DNA of 64,000 nt from Chlorokybus atmophyticus (taxonomy: Eukaryota > Plantae > Mesostigma and Chlorokybus algae), in NCBI GenBank assembly GCA_009103225.1, contig RHPI01002402.1:62001-126000 (forward strand). Reading direction: 5' to 3'. The position numbers and the translations under genes were made by a program. Shown here in pieces: positions 41,656-54,090 of the stretch; position 1 is the stretch's first letter; each line of letters begins with the position of its first letter. The notes under the pieces are model-generated. The model was not told the DNA's origin, ran no database searches, and worked only from the letters and a program-made list of their open reading frames with translations.

Positions 41656-43605
41656 TGAGGACACTTCACAATTCGTTTTCCTCAGTTTTGTTGATAAGCA
41701 GTTCCCGTAGCTCATTCTGTTGAGACCATCTGCATGTACATCAACCATTGGCGGACGGCAATAGAACCATTCACAGGTTAATGCACTCCCCAACCTGACG
41801 AATGTTGGCACGCAAAGTTGCACAAAAAGCGTTTTGAAGATTGGCTTGTGACTGTGCAAAGCACAACACCTTCGTCACACTTCTAGCACACATTGTGCGC
41901 GCACACGTGTACATCGCTATGACTACGGAGGGAGTGCTGCGGCACATGCATGACACGAGTGATGGTAGAGTGCTGCGTGGCAGCTACTGAAACCATGTGG
42001 AGCAAGTGCGGCAGTCGCGACGGCAGCGGACAGCTGTGGTGGGAGGTTGGGAGCGACGAGGCGAGTCTGCGCGTCGTCCTTGGCAGCTGTGGATGAGGAC
42101 TAACGCGGCGGCTGTGTGGTAGGTAACTACCATGATACATGCATGCTGCTGGTGCTGGCAGGTGTTCCCTGGTCCTTGCTGCCGGTCTTCCCTTCCCCCC
42201 ACCCTCCCTTCGTTGCTAGAGTCTACTTAGTTAGCATAGAGGCCCCCCCACCCCGTGTTCTGCTGCTGCTGTGCTGTGCTGTGTCGTTGCTCTTGTTCAT
42301 ATAATGCCACTTGCCCTGCCCCGTATCATGGCCCCTGTGTTGTGCCTTATGCATAAGGTATAATAATGATTGTGCTCAGCCGGATGACAACAATAGATGC
42401 ATGACCAACAGGGCTGGGCGGTAGTGTTATTGGTAGGGTTGGTGGTGGTAGGTGTTGCAGCCCGGTGGTGAAACATGTTGTTGCGTGAGCTGAATATGAG
42501 TGTCTAACAGTGTTGCATGTTGGTTTGTACAACATGTTGAACCAGCGTAAGGCATCAATGCATGCTGCATTGATACTTTGACCTTGTACACATAGGCATA
42601 CACACGCCGAATGTGGCACATTTACACATGCACACTTGCGCTATTATGCGTCAGCACGGCGTATGGAAATTGTGTAGGTTTGGCGGTGCTGGCAGCGGTG
42701 GCAGCCAAATGGAGTAAGTACCGCAATCACCCGGTGGGGGGCATCTTTCTACTCGCTGACGATGCTTGGCACATTGGGGGAGGTCTTTCAGCACGTGCTG
42801 CGCCTGTGCGCATGGCAGATGGTGATGGTGCGAGGGACAGCCTGAGGGTAGCGGTACCTGGAAGGTTTCGTCTCTGCGGTAGCGGGTGGCTTGCACCTTG
42901 CGGCGAGCGCAGGCAAAGGCAATTATGGAGCGAGGAGCAACGACGGTGACGGCGATATCAAGCTGAGCGCCTGTGGCCCAAGCAGCCTCCCCCTCTCTTC
43001 TTTGACCATGAAGGCGGATGCGGCACCCGCATAGATTAGTAGCGGGTGTGTGTGCGCGCGCGGCTGTTGCATGCTGTTGTGCATGTACGTCAAGTACACA
43101 CACACCAATGGTGTGTGAGGTTTGATAGGCAGCCGTTCGAGGGGTAGGACATCGTGATACATTCCTCATAGCTTACTCGGGAGCAGCAGTTCAACACCCC
43201 TTAGGCACACAACCAACCTTGTTTCTCACATAGGAAGTGCCGGCGAAATGTCGCTCGTGCTGCCATTGTTGGTTGCGAAGGTTCTACATACGCACGCACC
43301 CCCCAACACACACACACACACAAACACCATGTGCGAAGTTGATATTTGTGTCTTACTTTGATGCAATGCGCATTGTGTTTACAAGGTGGAGGAACCTGTA
43401 ATGCCAGCAAATAATTGAAATCACTTTTGTATATTACAATTATGCTACACAATACATATATCTTTAAATACCAGCACCAGCCACATGCGATGACTTGTCT
43501 CACAACCATGACGTGACAATATGGGATGAACGTAGATTTTAAATATTGAGAACGAAAAAGGCCCCCCCCCCCCTTTCGTTTACATTGCTGAAAGCTAAGG
43601 GACCA

Positions 43606-43784
43606 GGTAGCGCTTACATGTGCATGATAAACATGCAGGCATTGCGTGTGTGCGTGCGTATGTTGGCTTTCAAGGTAGCATCAAGCATGCACATTGCACG
43701 ATCACCTGCGTGAAGAGTGTACCAGCTCTGATGGTCTGTATCCTGTAGGCGCCTATCACAACCACAGCTCAGCTGGCAGCAGCG
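43606..43784 (+). other. 179-bp duplicate of rsmH intron/exon sequence 37924-38102
   Basis: No difference from 37924-38102 found by eye; ends at a single N (43785). Confidence 0.9.
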
Positions 43785-46655
43785 NTGCGCCCCCACCAGC
43801 AACAGGATTGGTCGAACCAGTTCACGCGGTGTTTGACAGCATTTCGCTATTGTCACGGTGACAAAACTCATTGACACCACCTCCCGTGATAGCCAATGGG
43901 AGGCGAGAGTAGTGGCGGCGGCCGACATCGACGGCTCCCAAGCAAACCCTAAGGAAGCGGTCGGCGGTACGTTGCAAGTAAGCGGATTGGCGTGAAAGCG
44001 GCGGCATTAGACGCGAGACTTTCGACGTCACTATCAGCGTTAGGCGAACCGCGTGCATGCTGCTCAGAGTGAGCGCTTTATTACCGTAAGCGGTGGCGCG
44101 AACTTCTTTGTGTTTTAAACCCGTTGCAATTTGTTTTGCCCTGCACTGCTATGATTGTTCTTGCTCGCAATTTTATGTTGATTTAGTGGCGTAGCCACTG
44201 CCCCGTTGCTTGCGGACTGCATCACCCCCTTTACCCACGGTACTCTTGCATGCCTTACATGGGTGCATTCTTAGCACCTTGCTTGCAATAGCCCCTGCTG
44301 ATTGGTGCTTGTAGCACGTATACACGCTTTACTCAGCTATACAAACACTGTGCACCGACAAGTTATGAATGATTTGTGCTTGTTCGCATGCATCCTTGTC
44401 CATGAGCTTGTTGAGCAACTAGCACCTCCTCCCGAGCCAAGGGGACCTCACAGTTATTTTTGGCCTCGCATCTAGACACCGACTCTACCACCTTCCTACC
44501 CCACCACCCTCGCATTTACTCTTTGCAGCTTCTCGCGTTCAATAGTGCGCTTGAGTATGCTGCTCTACAGCCCCACCACCTCCTCACACTTGTGCCTTGG
44601 TTAAAGTATGTATCCCAGCTGCGAGACACACCTCGCGGTCGAGCCTCCCTTGTACGATAATACAAATAGCAGGATGTGTCTAAGCACATATGATATTGTG
44701 CGTTAAATCTTAGGTAGGTCACTCCTTATCACGCATAAGTTGAGTGTTGCATCGCTTACTTATAAATACAATAAGTGTGACAAATTTGATACATTTTCCG
44801 AATTGAGCAACGCTACAGACCAACACGGTGTCTTATCATCGAAAGTTTTGCATGGTGACTGTCCAGGGACTGAGGGACTGACGAGTACCTGACCCTGCCT
44901 GACTTACCGAATTGGTCCATGAAGGGACTTATAGGACGGTCGGTGCTACTCAGCAATATTTAATGACCGTCAGCGGTCGGCCGATAGCTACACGCGATTA
45001 AAGCCTGCTTGAGATGATTAAAATGTAACGTCACCGCATCTTCAGATGACGGCTAATCGCCGGTCATCTATTTCGCTTGATAGCGACCTATTTCGCATAG
45101 CAGACAATCACCTTTCGGTCATTTTTTGCAACGGTTGGCTGCCGGTCGTACCATAACCATCTTACCGTATGCGCGGCGGCTTGCCTACTATAGCAAGCCA
45201 GTCACTGTCAGTCCCTATTCCGTAACCTGCCCGCTTGTTGATAAGTGACGGCAGACCACCGATCGTCCGTTAGTGCGGCGGCGACCTACCGACTATGACA
45301 AGTAAGTGACCGCCCGTCCTTTATTGCCGACGAGCAATGCGGAACGATGGTACATGCGACTAGCGTACCATACAAATGGTATGAAAATTCCATTATTACA
45401 ATAGCACCATCGTACCATTTTCATTGTACGATAGTGCCATTGTGACAACGCGTTTGAATCACTTCGGTTGCGCAAGGTTCAAATGCTCAACGGCTTCAAG
45501 CAAGTTGAACAGTTGAGTTGTGCAGTGGCGGCGGCGGCGGCGGCGGCGGCGGTGATGGCGGCGGCGGCGGTGGCAGCGGCAATGGCTAACAGTAAGCAAG
45601 TTTGCTTGGTGCTGTAATGTTGTGTTATGCGCAGCAGCGCATGCAGCCTAACCGCCCTTTTGATCTCATGGCGGCTAGGCCAGGCCAGGCTAGGCTAGGC
45701 TAGGCCAGGGCAGGGCATGCGGCGGCGGCGGTATATGGCAAGCAACGGCATGTGTATGTAAGTTGTCACACTGTGAGCATTGGTGTGTATGTTGCTGTTG
45801 ATGGCGCTGGTGTGATTGACTTGTGCTTGCAGGAGCGGCGGTGGACAAGGAGCGGCTGCGGAGGTGGAGCGCTGAAGCGGCGGCTTGATATAATTTGTAC
45901 TAACTTTTAAGGCCTTGTATTAGGGTGGTAGTAGTCGTATTAGTAGCAGCAGTAGTAGCCGCTCACAGAAGTTTATGTTGTAGCAAAGTACCAGTATGAC
46001 TTGCAACACGTGTAATATATTAATTTATTCTTATTTATATTTTTATCTTATTATTATACATCATTGTTGCGACACTTACGTGAGGTATCTAATTATGATT
46101 AAACAGTACCCAACATGTACCTTTAAAGGCCCTTCAGTTATGGCAGTTACCATGAGGTACTTGTCAGTTACAACATTATTTAGTGCACAGTCGCCGGTAC
46201 TTAACTATTTGATACCGGTTGGTTACTTGTCACTTACGTTAAGTCCCTTTTGCTTGACCAATGGGTATCCTTACAAGTACCTGTCAGTTGAAGTTGGTCC
46301 CTTCATGCAGACGGTCGTCAATTGATGGTAACGGCCGTTATGCTTAGGCCCCTGTATCGAGATCGCCGGCAGACTAAATAACGACAGTCTGACTGAGTAT
46401 CCTCGAACCCATGATCGTCATATACATATAATCGGCCATCAGGGGTAACATTTTGCGACGATGTAGTTAACCATGTTCAAATAAATGGGACCGTGTTTGC
46501 CTTATCCCCTTGTCCATGCATACAAGATTGTATAAGATGCCGGGTTTGTTGGGGCTGATAAAGGCTTTATCAGCGCCAATGACTCAAAGCCTCTTGTAAA
46601 TGGGCTATGCACGTGCTATAAGACTCTTATGGCATGGGCCATCGCTTATAGCCTA

Positions 46656-46859
46656 CCGTATTTACCCATATAATAACAAGCCCNNNNNNNNNNCCCCCCC
46701 CCCCCCCCCCCCCTTTTATACATAAGCCCCCCACCCTTCTGAGTTGGGGGGCTTGTAACATAGCCTATTTTTGCCTTGAAAACGGCATTGTTAATAGGCC
46801 CCCACCCTCTTTTGCCGGGGGCTTGTAATAAGCGTGGGCTTCTATACGGGTAAATACGG
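46656..46859. mobile_element. MITE-like non-autonomous DNA transposon (Tc1/mariner-pogo-type ends) containing a scaffold gap
   Basis: TIRs CCGTATTTACCCATATA / TATACGGGTAAATACGG, each flanked by TA (46654-55, 46860-61); internal AAGCCCCC/GGGGGCTT motifs. Confidence 0.75.
46684..46693. other. Assembly gap (10 N) flanked by poly-C
   Basis: N run in sequence. Confidence 0.99.
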
Positions 46860-47482
46860 TAGGTGACCTCGCATGGCGCTCATGCAAGTTGATAGATATC
46901 TGACAACCTAATAATATCGGCTAGCATCAGATACGATCCTGCGGTGGTCCGTACTTATGGGATACGGTTTGTACCAAATGGTACCATATCTGGGCTTGAG
47001 ATACGGCCCCGACGGCCACAACATTCCAATCCGTCGCGCTCATCCGTGCCACAGCATGGCCGCTTGCAGGTCACGTGACCCAAAAAAGGGCCCGTCCTCG
47101 GACTCAGATCGCGCTTTTCATGTCGACGGATCACGGTCAAGCGCCTGTCACTGATCCAATCAATCCGCTTTTGGTTAAAAAAAAAGCAGCGGTGCATGCA
47201 ATCAAGTTGCCAGAGGTGGACTCAATCTAAAACCTCTGCTCGGCTTCTTGATTCATCACGCGGATCATCAATCAGCGTCGCGCACTCGGTCGAACGTTGA
47301 ATCAATCACTTGTCGGGTTGTCGCATGAACGAAGGAACAAACCATCAACCTGCATGCCCACTGCATTTGCTGCATGTGCTTGGCGGGAGGTGGTGAGCGT
47401 GGTGAAGTGGGTGAGTGGTTGCGTGTGCGTGTGCGTGTGCGTGAGCGTATGTAGGTAGGTGTGTGTGCGTGTGTAGAATTAT

Positions 47483-49097
47483 ATGGAGACGCCAGGTGCT
47501 TTGACGCCTGCTGCGGCTGGGTCTCCGCCGCCGGAGGGATTTGTGATCAGGGAGTTTCCGGAGTTTCTCAGCGAGGAGGAGTGCAGGAGGGTGACTGCGG
47601 CTGCAGAGGTGTGTTGGGAAAGGGGGCTCTGGCTTGTAGTAATACTGGTTGTTGTGTTGCGTGCATGCATGCATGCATGCATGTACTTGTCAGGCTTGAT
47701 GCACACATGCCTTTGTTCATTGCGCTCGAACCAAAGTGCTCTCTACAAACTGTTGGTGGGTGCTACATGTATAGTGCTCGGTTGTGGTGTGTCTCAGTGT
47801 CTGGTAGTGCATTTGACCAAATAACCGGCTGCTCACTCTGCATAGCATGCAACAGGTTGGGTGCCAAGCAAGGCAGCGACAACACACATGGTCACAGCAG
47901 TATTCACAAGCTGTTAGCGCTTGAATACACAGCCTGTACGTGTTCAAGCATGCAACTGGCGCACACGCACGAGGCTGCATGCCTGAGGTTTTATGCTCGC
48001 ACACACGTGTGCTAGGCTGTTCCTTATATCAGACAAGTTTAAGTATTCTCATAGCAGCTGTTCCGTCCCCCCAATTTGAACTGTGCTTCAACACAACCCA
48101 CAGCCTGACCCTTGAAACTGTTTCCTGCCATTTAGTACTGCTGGCACTGTGCACTGAGAGGGGGGGGGGGGGAGAAGAGGTCGTGGCACACACTCCTCCT
48201 CATCTGTCCACAATCTATTTCGCAACAGGCGCAGGGTCTGGAGCGCAGCCGCACGCGCGGGAACCAACTCACTCCCCTACGCACCTCCTGCCAGGTGAGT
48301 AAGCTCCACCACATGCCAGCGCGTGACACCACAACTACAACAACAATACTGTATACCTCCCTTAGGCATGGCTGGACCGCGACGTGCCCGCCTCTGCCCC
48401 TGTGCAGGACGTGCTTGATAGAATTCTGCGCTTCTGCGCACAGCAGACTGGTGTCAGCGACCCAGACCTCTACGAGGAAGTCCAGGCAAGACGGATAGTG
48501 GGCATGTAGTTGGCAGTGAATTATTGAAGTGTGCTCAGGAGAATGAGCATGTTGGGCTGGTGTGTCATCACCAATACGTTGGCGTTCGTGTGCAAAAGCA
48601 GGTGGTCAGGTACGAGCCCGGGGAGGAGTACAAGCCACACTATGATGCCCGCACTACCATAGGCGTGTACAGGTACACCTGGGACGTGGGTATGGATGTG
48701 GGTGTGGGTGTCGGTGTGAGTGTAAGTGTGCATGTGCGTGTCCTTCAAGCCACTCATATGTATCATGTGCAGGCGGTGCACGCTGTTGGTATACCTAAAC
48801 TCCGATTTCGAGGGCGGGGGGACGCACTTCCCAAAGCTCGGAAGGACAATATGGCCGGAGAGGGGGAAGGCGGTGTTGTTCTACAACACTGTTGGGAGTG
48901 AGGTGGGAGGAAAGATTATAGGGAATGCAGATGCTGATAGTGATAGGAGTAGTAGTAGCAGTAGTAGTAGGACAGGCGACCCGCTAAGACCGGACCCGCG
49001 ATCGCTGCACGCGGGGCTACCGGTGGAGAAGGGAACCAAGTGGGTGCTGAACCAGTGGATTGATTTCGATATGGAGCCACAGCAGACTTTGCTGTAA
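47483..49097 (+). CDS. Prolyl 4-hydroxylase-like 2OG-Fe(II) oxygenase, 5 exons
   Basis: EFPEFLSEEECRRV, RTSCQAWL, EEVQ|VVRYEPGEEYKPHYD (HxD), RRCTLLVYLNSDFEGGGTHFP, P.RGKAVLFYN, DPRSLHAGLPVEKGTKWVLNQWI. Confidence 0.9.
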
Positions 49098-49691
49098 TAA
49101 GCCAAAAGCCCGTGCCCCTGTGTGTGAGTGTGTGCGTATTTGCAGGTGATACAGCAGGTATCATGCGAGTGAACACCTAGTGTCATGCACAGTCATCCGG
49201 CCAAGCAGCAACTTCAGCTGCAGCGCACATGCAACAGCACCTCTTTATATGCACCTTAAAAACAGGGTGGGTGTAAGATGCAGCCACCAAGAGGACTCCG
49301 TTCGCCTCCACTATCCTCTCTTTCCACTCCCCAACACCCCAAACCACCAACTTTAGGCCCCTTCGAGCAGTGGTGATGCTGGTACATATCGCCATACATA
49401 GCATATGCTATGTGCAATACGTTGCAACCATATCAGGCGTACAGGCATAAAGGTGTCTTGCATGCTAGGGTGTCAGCTAGGCCTAGCCGCTAGAATAGGT
49501 GCCGTATTTTTGTCGGTTGCCGAATAGGGAAGCACATGCATTATAACAATATGGGTTGTGAGATTACTGCGCAATGATTGCACTACAATTTTCAATTGTT
49601 AAATTCTTGGAATGTACTCAAGGAATAGAGAATATATATTCATCAACCCTGCAGTGGTTTGCGTGTCACACTCATACTATGGCATGACGCA

Positions 49692-49692
<1 letters not shown>

Positions 49693-49786
<94 letters not shown>

Positions 49787-49790
49787 NCCC
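49693..49790. repeat. Poly-C tract (about 97 bp) with one N
   Basis: Homopolymer read directly; length unreliable. Confidence 0.85.
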
Positions 49791-52006
49791 AGATTGTATT
49801 TGTGTAGAATATAAAACGCTATAGATAATGTACATCACATTGTGATACTTATGTGCACATGACACTTAAGTGTCATAATGTATTGATGTTGTATTCACAT
49901 AATACATTACGTTATGCTATATGTGGCTTCGTTCAATTACTACAAACGTATCATTACATAATCTAAGCAAAGGTACTGCTCGCATACGCTGCGCGCAATA
50001 ACAGTCCGTTAGCTGCCGCTAAGAGCCGTAGCCTGTCCCTCATTTCCTTCTTTCCGAGGATTTGCACATGCTCGGGGCAGGTTGTATAAGCTATACAACC
50101 TGCTGATGCAAGTAATTTGATATCGTTCATGTCAATCAGACGTTGATTTGTTTGTTCCGACACATGTAAAATGGACTACACGTGTACACCTTATGGGAAA
50201 TCGCTCGAGCTGTGTTTTATATTGCTGAAATTAGTGTCATTATGTAAACAGATAGAGACACACCACAACTACAATTGCGCGAACAAAATATGTCATGTAT
50301 ATGGCATAAAACTATATATGCAATTAATGCTTGCGTTGCATACGTATCGCGTTTTAAAGAGTTGTGAAAGAGAGTGGAGGCTTCAATGTAGATGAGTTGT
50401 CAACAATGCTTTAAGAGTAAAGATTGCATTGAGTGTGTGGCGTTTGAACATGTGGAGCGCAAACATGGCAAAAGATGACTTTTGAACACTGTTGACGACC
50501 ACACGACAATAGAACCTCCACTCTCTTTCACAACCTTTTTATAACTGCACACGCATGCGAAGCAAAAAACAATTGTGATAAGAATAGAGGTTTTACCGTC
50601 GCTAGTTGTTAACAATACTTGAAAGCAAAGATGGCCATCTTTGAGCTCTACATATGCATGATCATGCTCAAATGCCACTCACTTTTCGCAATGTTTGCTC
50701 TTAAGCATTAATTACAACTCATAATTGTGAGTACATGTTGTACATTTTATTCAAGCCAGATAAGACGTCACTTCGCCTATAAACCAACTTCTTACCCAAG
50801 CAACAGTACCGGTAGTATAAATGTGTAAGCTATATCGTTGTTGTTTAACGTTGCTCGCTGCTCAAGGTAAGGAATTATTAGGGCGCCATTACTCGTATGG
50901 CTATTATCATAAAAGGTAAGGTTGCTAAGCACGGCATCAAATGGTTTGACGCACTTGGCCAATCAGCATCGGACAACAATGCTATAAGCATTTCAAAGCA
51001 AAGATGGCAAGCTTAAAGTAACAATGCAGCATGTTTGATGTCGTTTGTTGCAGCCAGTGTCAAGTATGTTTTGTATCAACAAGTTGAAATCAATGTTGTT
51101 GCCATCACTAACAGCGCTGCAGCCATCACAGAAGCAAAGCATGTGGCGATTAAAGGAGATGCAGCCGATCCGCATAACATATTTGTGAACCTTTATCGTG
51201 TATTCACTTTTCCACTTTGCAACTTGTCTTGCAAGCTGCTGACGATCACAACTTCATAAACTGTGGGTTTTTTCCCTACTTTTTCCCTACCTTTCTTGTT
51301 TTATTAAAGGAGGATGCTTCTCAAAAGTTCAATAAAAGATTTAACATCGCTTTTACAACCTTCTTTGTTAAGGAGCCATAAGTCAATTAAGTCAAGGTGA
51401 CATTATTCAAGGAGTCTCAACCATTCTACCTCATGATTTGAAACGTGTGGCCATAAAGAACATGCAAGAGATGCCTTACGAATATTTCACAAAGCAGGTG
51501 TCCGACACCTGCGAGTCTCTTGCCCGTTCCTTGTGTGGACATAGCGTCACAAGTAATGGGGTAGAACGGTTAAGACTTCAAATAATACGGCCTTACAATT
51601 GTCGAATGATCATGAATGAATGTTGTCCGCTTTAATGGGCAAGGGTTTGAGACTGATGATTATCCATGATGAGTGCAACAATTTTTTATTTAAGCATCCT
51701 CTTTTTATAGCCATGTGAGTTAAAAGCCTTTTCATACTTATGTTATTTATCATCTCGTGCATAAATGTATGTGTTCACGGAACGTCTATCAAGCTTGGTA
51801 CTACTAGTAGCTGGAGTTTCGTTTTGCTCTGATTTTATAACATGTTCGTACAATTATGGTCATTGCGCTTAAAATAATACTCAAAATTGTATGTGTCAAT
51901 GGCAAGCGTCATATACCAACACTCGCACTATGATTATATATTGCTATTAAGCATGTTGCGCTGCAGGTGGGTGTATGTAATGTTTGCGTCATATTACCCC
52001 CTCCCC

Positions 52007-52063
52007 NNNNNNNNNNNNNNNNNNNNNNNNNNNNNNNNNNNNNNNNNNNNNNNNNNNNNNNNN
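52007..52063. other. Assembly gap (57 N) flanked by C runs
   Basis: N run in sequence. Confidence 0.99.
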
Positions 52064-52688
52064 CCCCCCCCGCCTCGGCGCAGGCTTTGCGCAAAGCCAG
52101 GAAAATGACTACAAGAATTGCAAAAAAAACTGGTTGACCTACTTACTTTATGAAGTTCAAGCTCATTATGTAATACATGTATATAGCTGCTTATTATGCA
52201 ATAAAGAAACCGACGTTAAGCGCAGTAGCCTTTCATGAGCAACTCATACATGCAGTAATGCACCGTGCGTTACTTCATGCATGTAAATAACAACCATTTT
52301 TGACGACAGTGATTGTATTCTGTTAACGACTAACCACTTTCACATGACGACCTCAAGTTAGGCCAATACATGTTTTAATGCTAGATGCAAAATGCAAACT
52401 TCATCTACATACACACTACTCTGAACTTTGCGGTAGTACTAGTGTATATAGGGTATAATATGCCCCATAAGTAATCTGACATGATTTCGTGCATGTGGGC
52501 AGGGCAAGCTGTTCCCTCCTCCCCCATTGTATAATTAATAACGCACGGAGGAAAAACTTGTTTAACGCATAGCATACGAATTTGTTTACCTCTTATGCAA
52601 TAAAGCCTTATATCAATTATTTACACCAGACCTTACTTACGTAATGGACTTGCATAGTCCGTCTGTAACATTGCCGGTGCAGTTGCTG

Positions 52689-53576
52689 TCTTATGACTTT
52701 ACAAACCTATACACCAACAAACATCATGCAGACCTCTTGCACTTGCATGGATGCCCTGGTGACAGATCTGTTTGCCCATGCTGCCACATTGCATAGAGGC
52801 GCATCTGTGCTGAAACTAACATTTGTCAAAGGTGTCTTGCAATATTAGTGGCTGCAATGCACAGCAAGCCAAAGAGATACAAAAACAACCAAGTTCTATA
52901 CGCCACCGGTGCTGACAACTTTGTTGACTTATTTGCTAGCTAACCTGTATGTGAACACTGCAGGGGACAAGCTGCGCAAACAGTCAATTGGCATACCGAT
53001 GGGAAACAACGCGGGGGTTATTTGGCCAATTTGTATTTAGGTTCCAAGGAACTTAGATTTGCCCGCCAATTCAAGGCTCAAGGCCAGCACGAGCACCTCA
53101 GCACATGGTGCACTTTGGTGGTGAGGTATGTTGACGACCTGCTTGTGGTATTCGTTCCAGACTTTGAGGCTGTGATGTATGAGGGTGAACATGTGCTGGG
53201 CGGAGGGATTTACCCGCAAGAGACACTCTGACGCAGTAAGCTGTGGGTACATAAATTAATTGCCTAAACATGACCCTGTTCCAGACACAAATCATTGGGA
53301 TATACTCTCGCATCTACTGCAAGCTGAACGAGCAGCACTTTCAGACCATGCCCAGACGTTGCGCAATGCATCCGGACCAACATAGCAGAACAGGCAAAAT
53401 TGGGGGTGATTGTGTCACAGTGCATACATTTATTAAGGTTAAATACATATCGCTCTTGCTTTGTGCGTGAGATGGCAGAGTTGCTACTGCAGATGCAATG
53501 GGAAGGATATGCCAATGCATGTAGTCCTTGGCAAGCTGCGTATGTGGATGTATTCGCAAGGAGGCTTGGTATATAA
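52689..53576 (+). pseudogene. Decayed reverse transcriptase of a Penelope-like element (Naiad/Chlamys-type motifs)
   Basis: Motifs in expected order: YDFTNLYTN, LLANLYV...KQSIGIPMGNN[frameshift]LANLYL...E, RYVDDLL, GIYP, NCLNMT, IYCKL, GVIVSQCI, L...M..EGY; several stops and frameshifts. Confidence 0.85.
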
Positions 53577-54025
53577 CAGCACGTGTAAGCATCTCTTAAA
53601 CCTAATCTGCAAGAGGTTGGCCGCGGTAAAGGCAGCAGCTGCTTCGACACACATGTAAGTGGCAGGTGAGTTGCAGGTGAGTGAGTGCGGGAGCAGTCTG
53701 ACTGCCTGCATGAATGACGGGGGCTGTATGCGTGCTGATTACTAGCATGCTGAGTTGATGTTGGCATGTTTCGGTGCCTGGTGTGTGAGTTACTTGTGCA
53801 TGTTGCTACCTGCTGTATGTAACACTTAACTCTATGTCTTACACTCAGCATCATGCTCAATGATTGCGCTCTGATTGCAAAGGCATTATGCTGCATTTGG
53901 ACCTATGCATTGATAACGATAATCTAAAATGCCTGCTAACCAATCGCGGATCTTAGATACGGGGCTTTTTACGAATTGGTATAAATTGTGACAGACCTCA
54001 CTCATGGTAGTGTCTTTTACTACCA

Positions 54026-54090
54026 TAGCCTAGTGGTCGGGCCCCAATTGTTACAATGGTATCGGAGCTTAACGTCTCAGGTTCAATTCC
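54026..54090 (+). promoter_or_regulatory. Putative tRNA-type Pol III promoter split across the 5' LTR/PBS junction of TRIM B
   Basis: A box TAGCCTAGTGG at 54026-54036 in the LTR; B box GGTTCAATTCC at 54080-54090 after the PBS; 43-nt spacing. Function is inferred. Confidence 0.65.

Noticed and set aside
41883-43169. Minus-strand ORF pieces (MRVPHPPSWSKKRG…, TAVRCRRDCRTCSTWFQ)
   Set aside because: Could be a small gene, but there is no domain match and exon joining is ambiguous.
49612-49865. Poly-Pro / poly-Gly ORFs
   Set aside because: Translation of the poly-C tract at a probable assembly break.
53236-53284. Apparent GTAAG…CCAG intron in the Penelope-like RT
   Set aside because: The segment itself translates to INCLNMTL, matching the RT motif VNFLD.TI, so it is decayed coding sequence.
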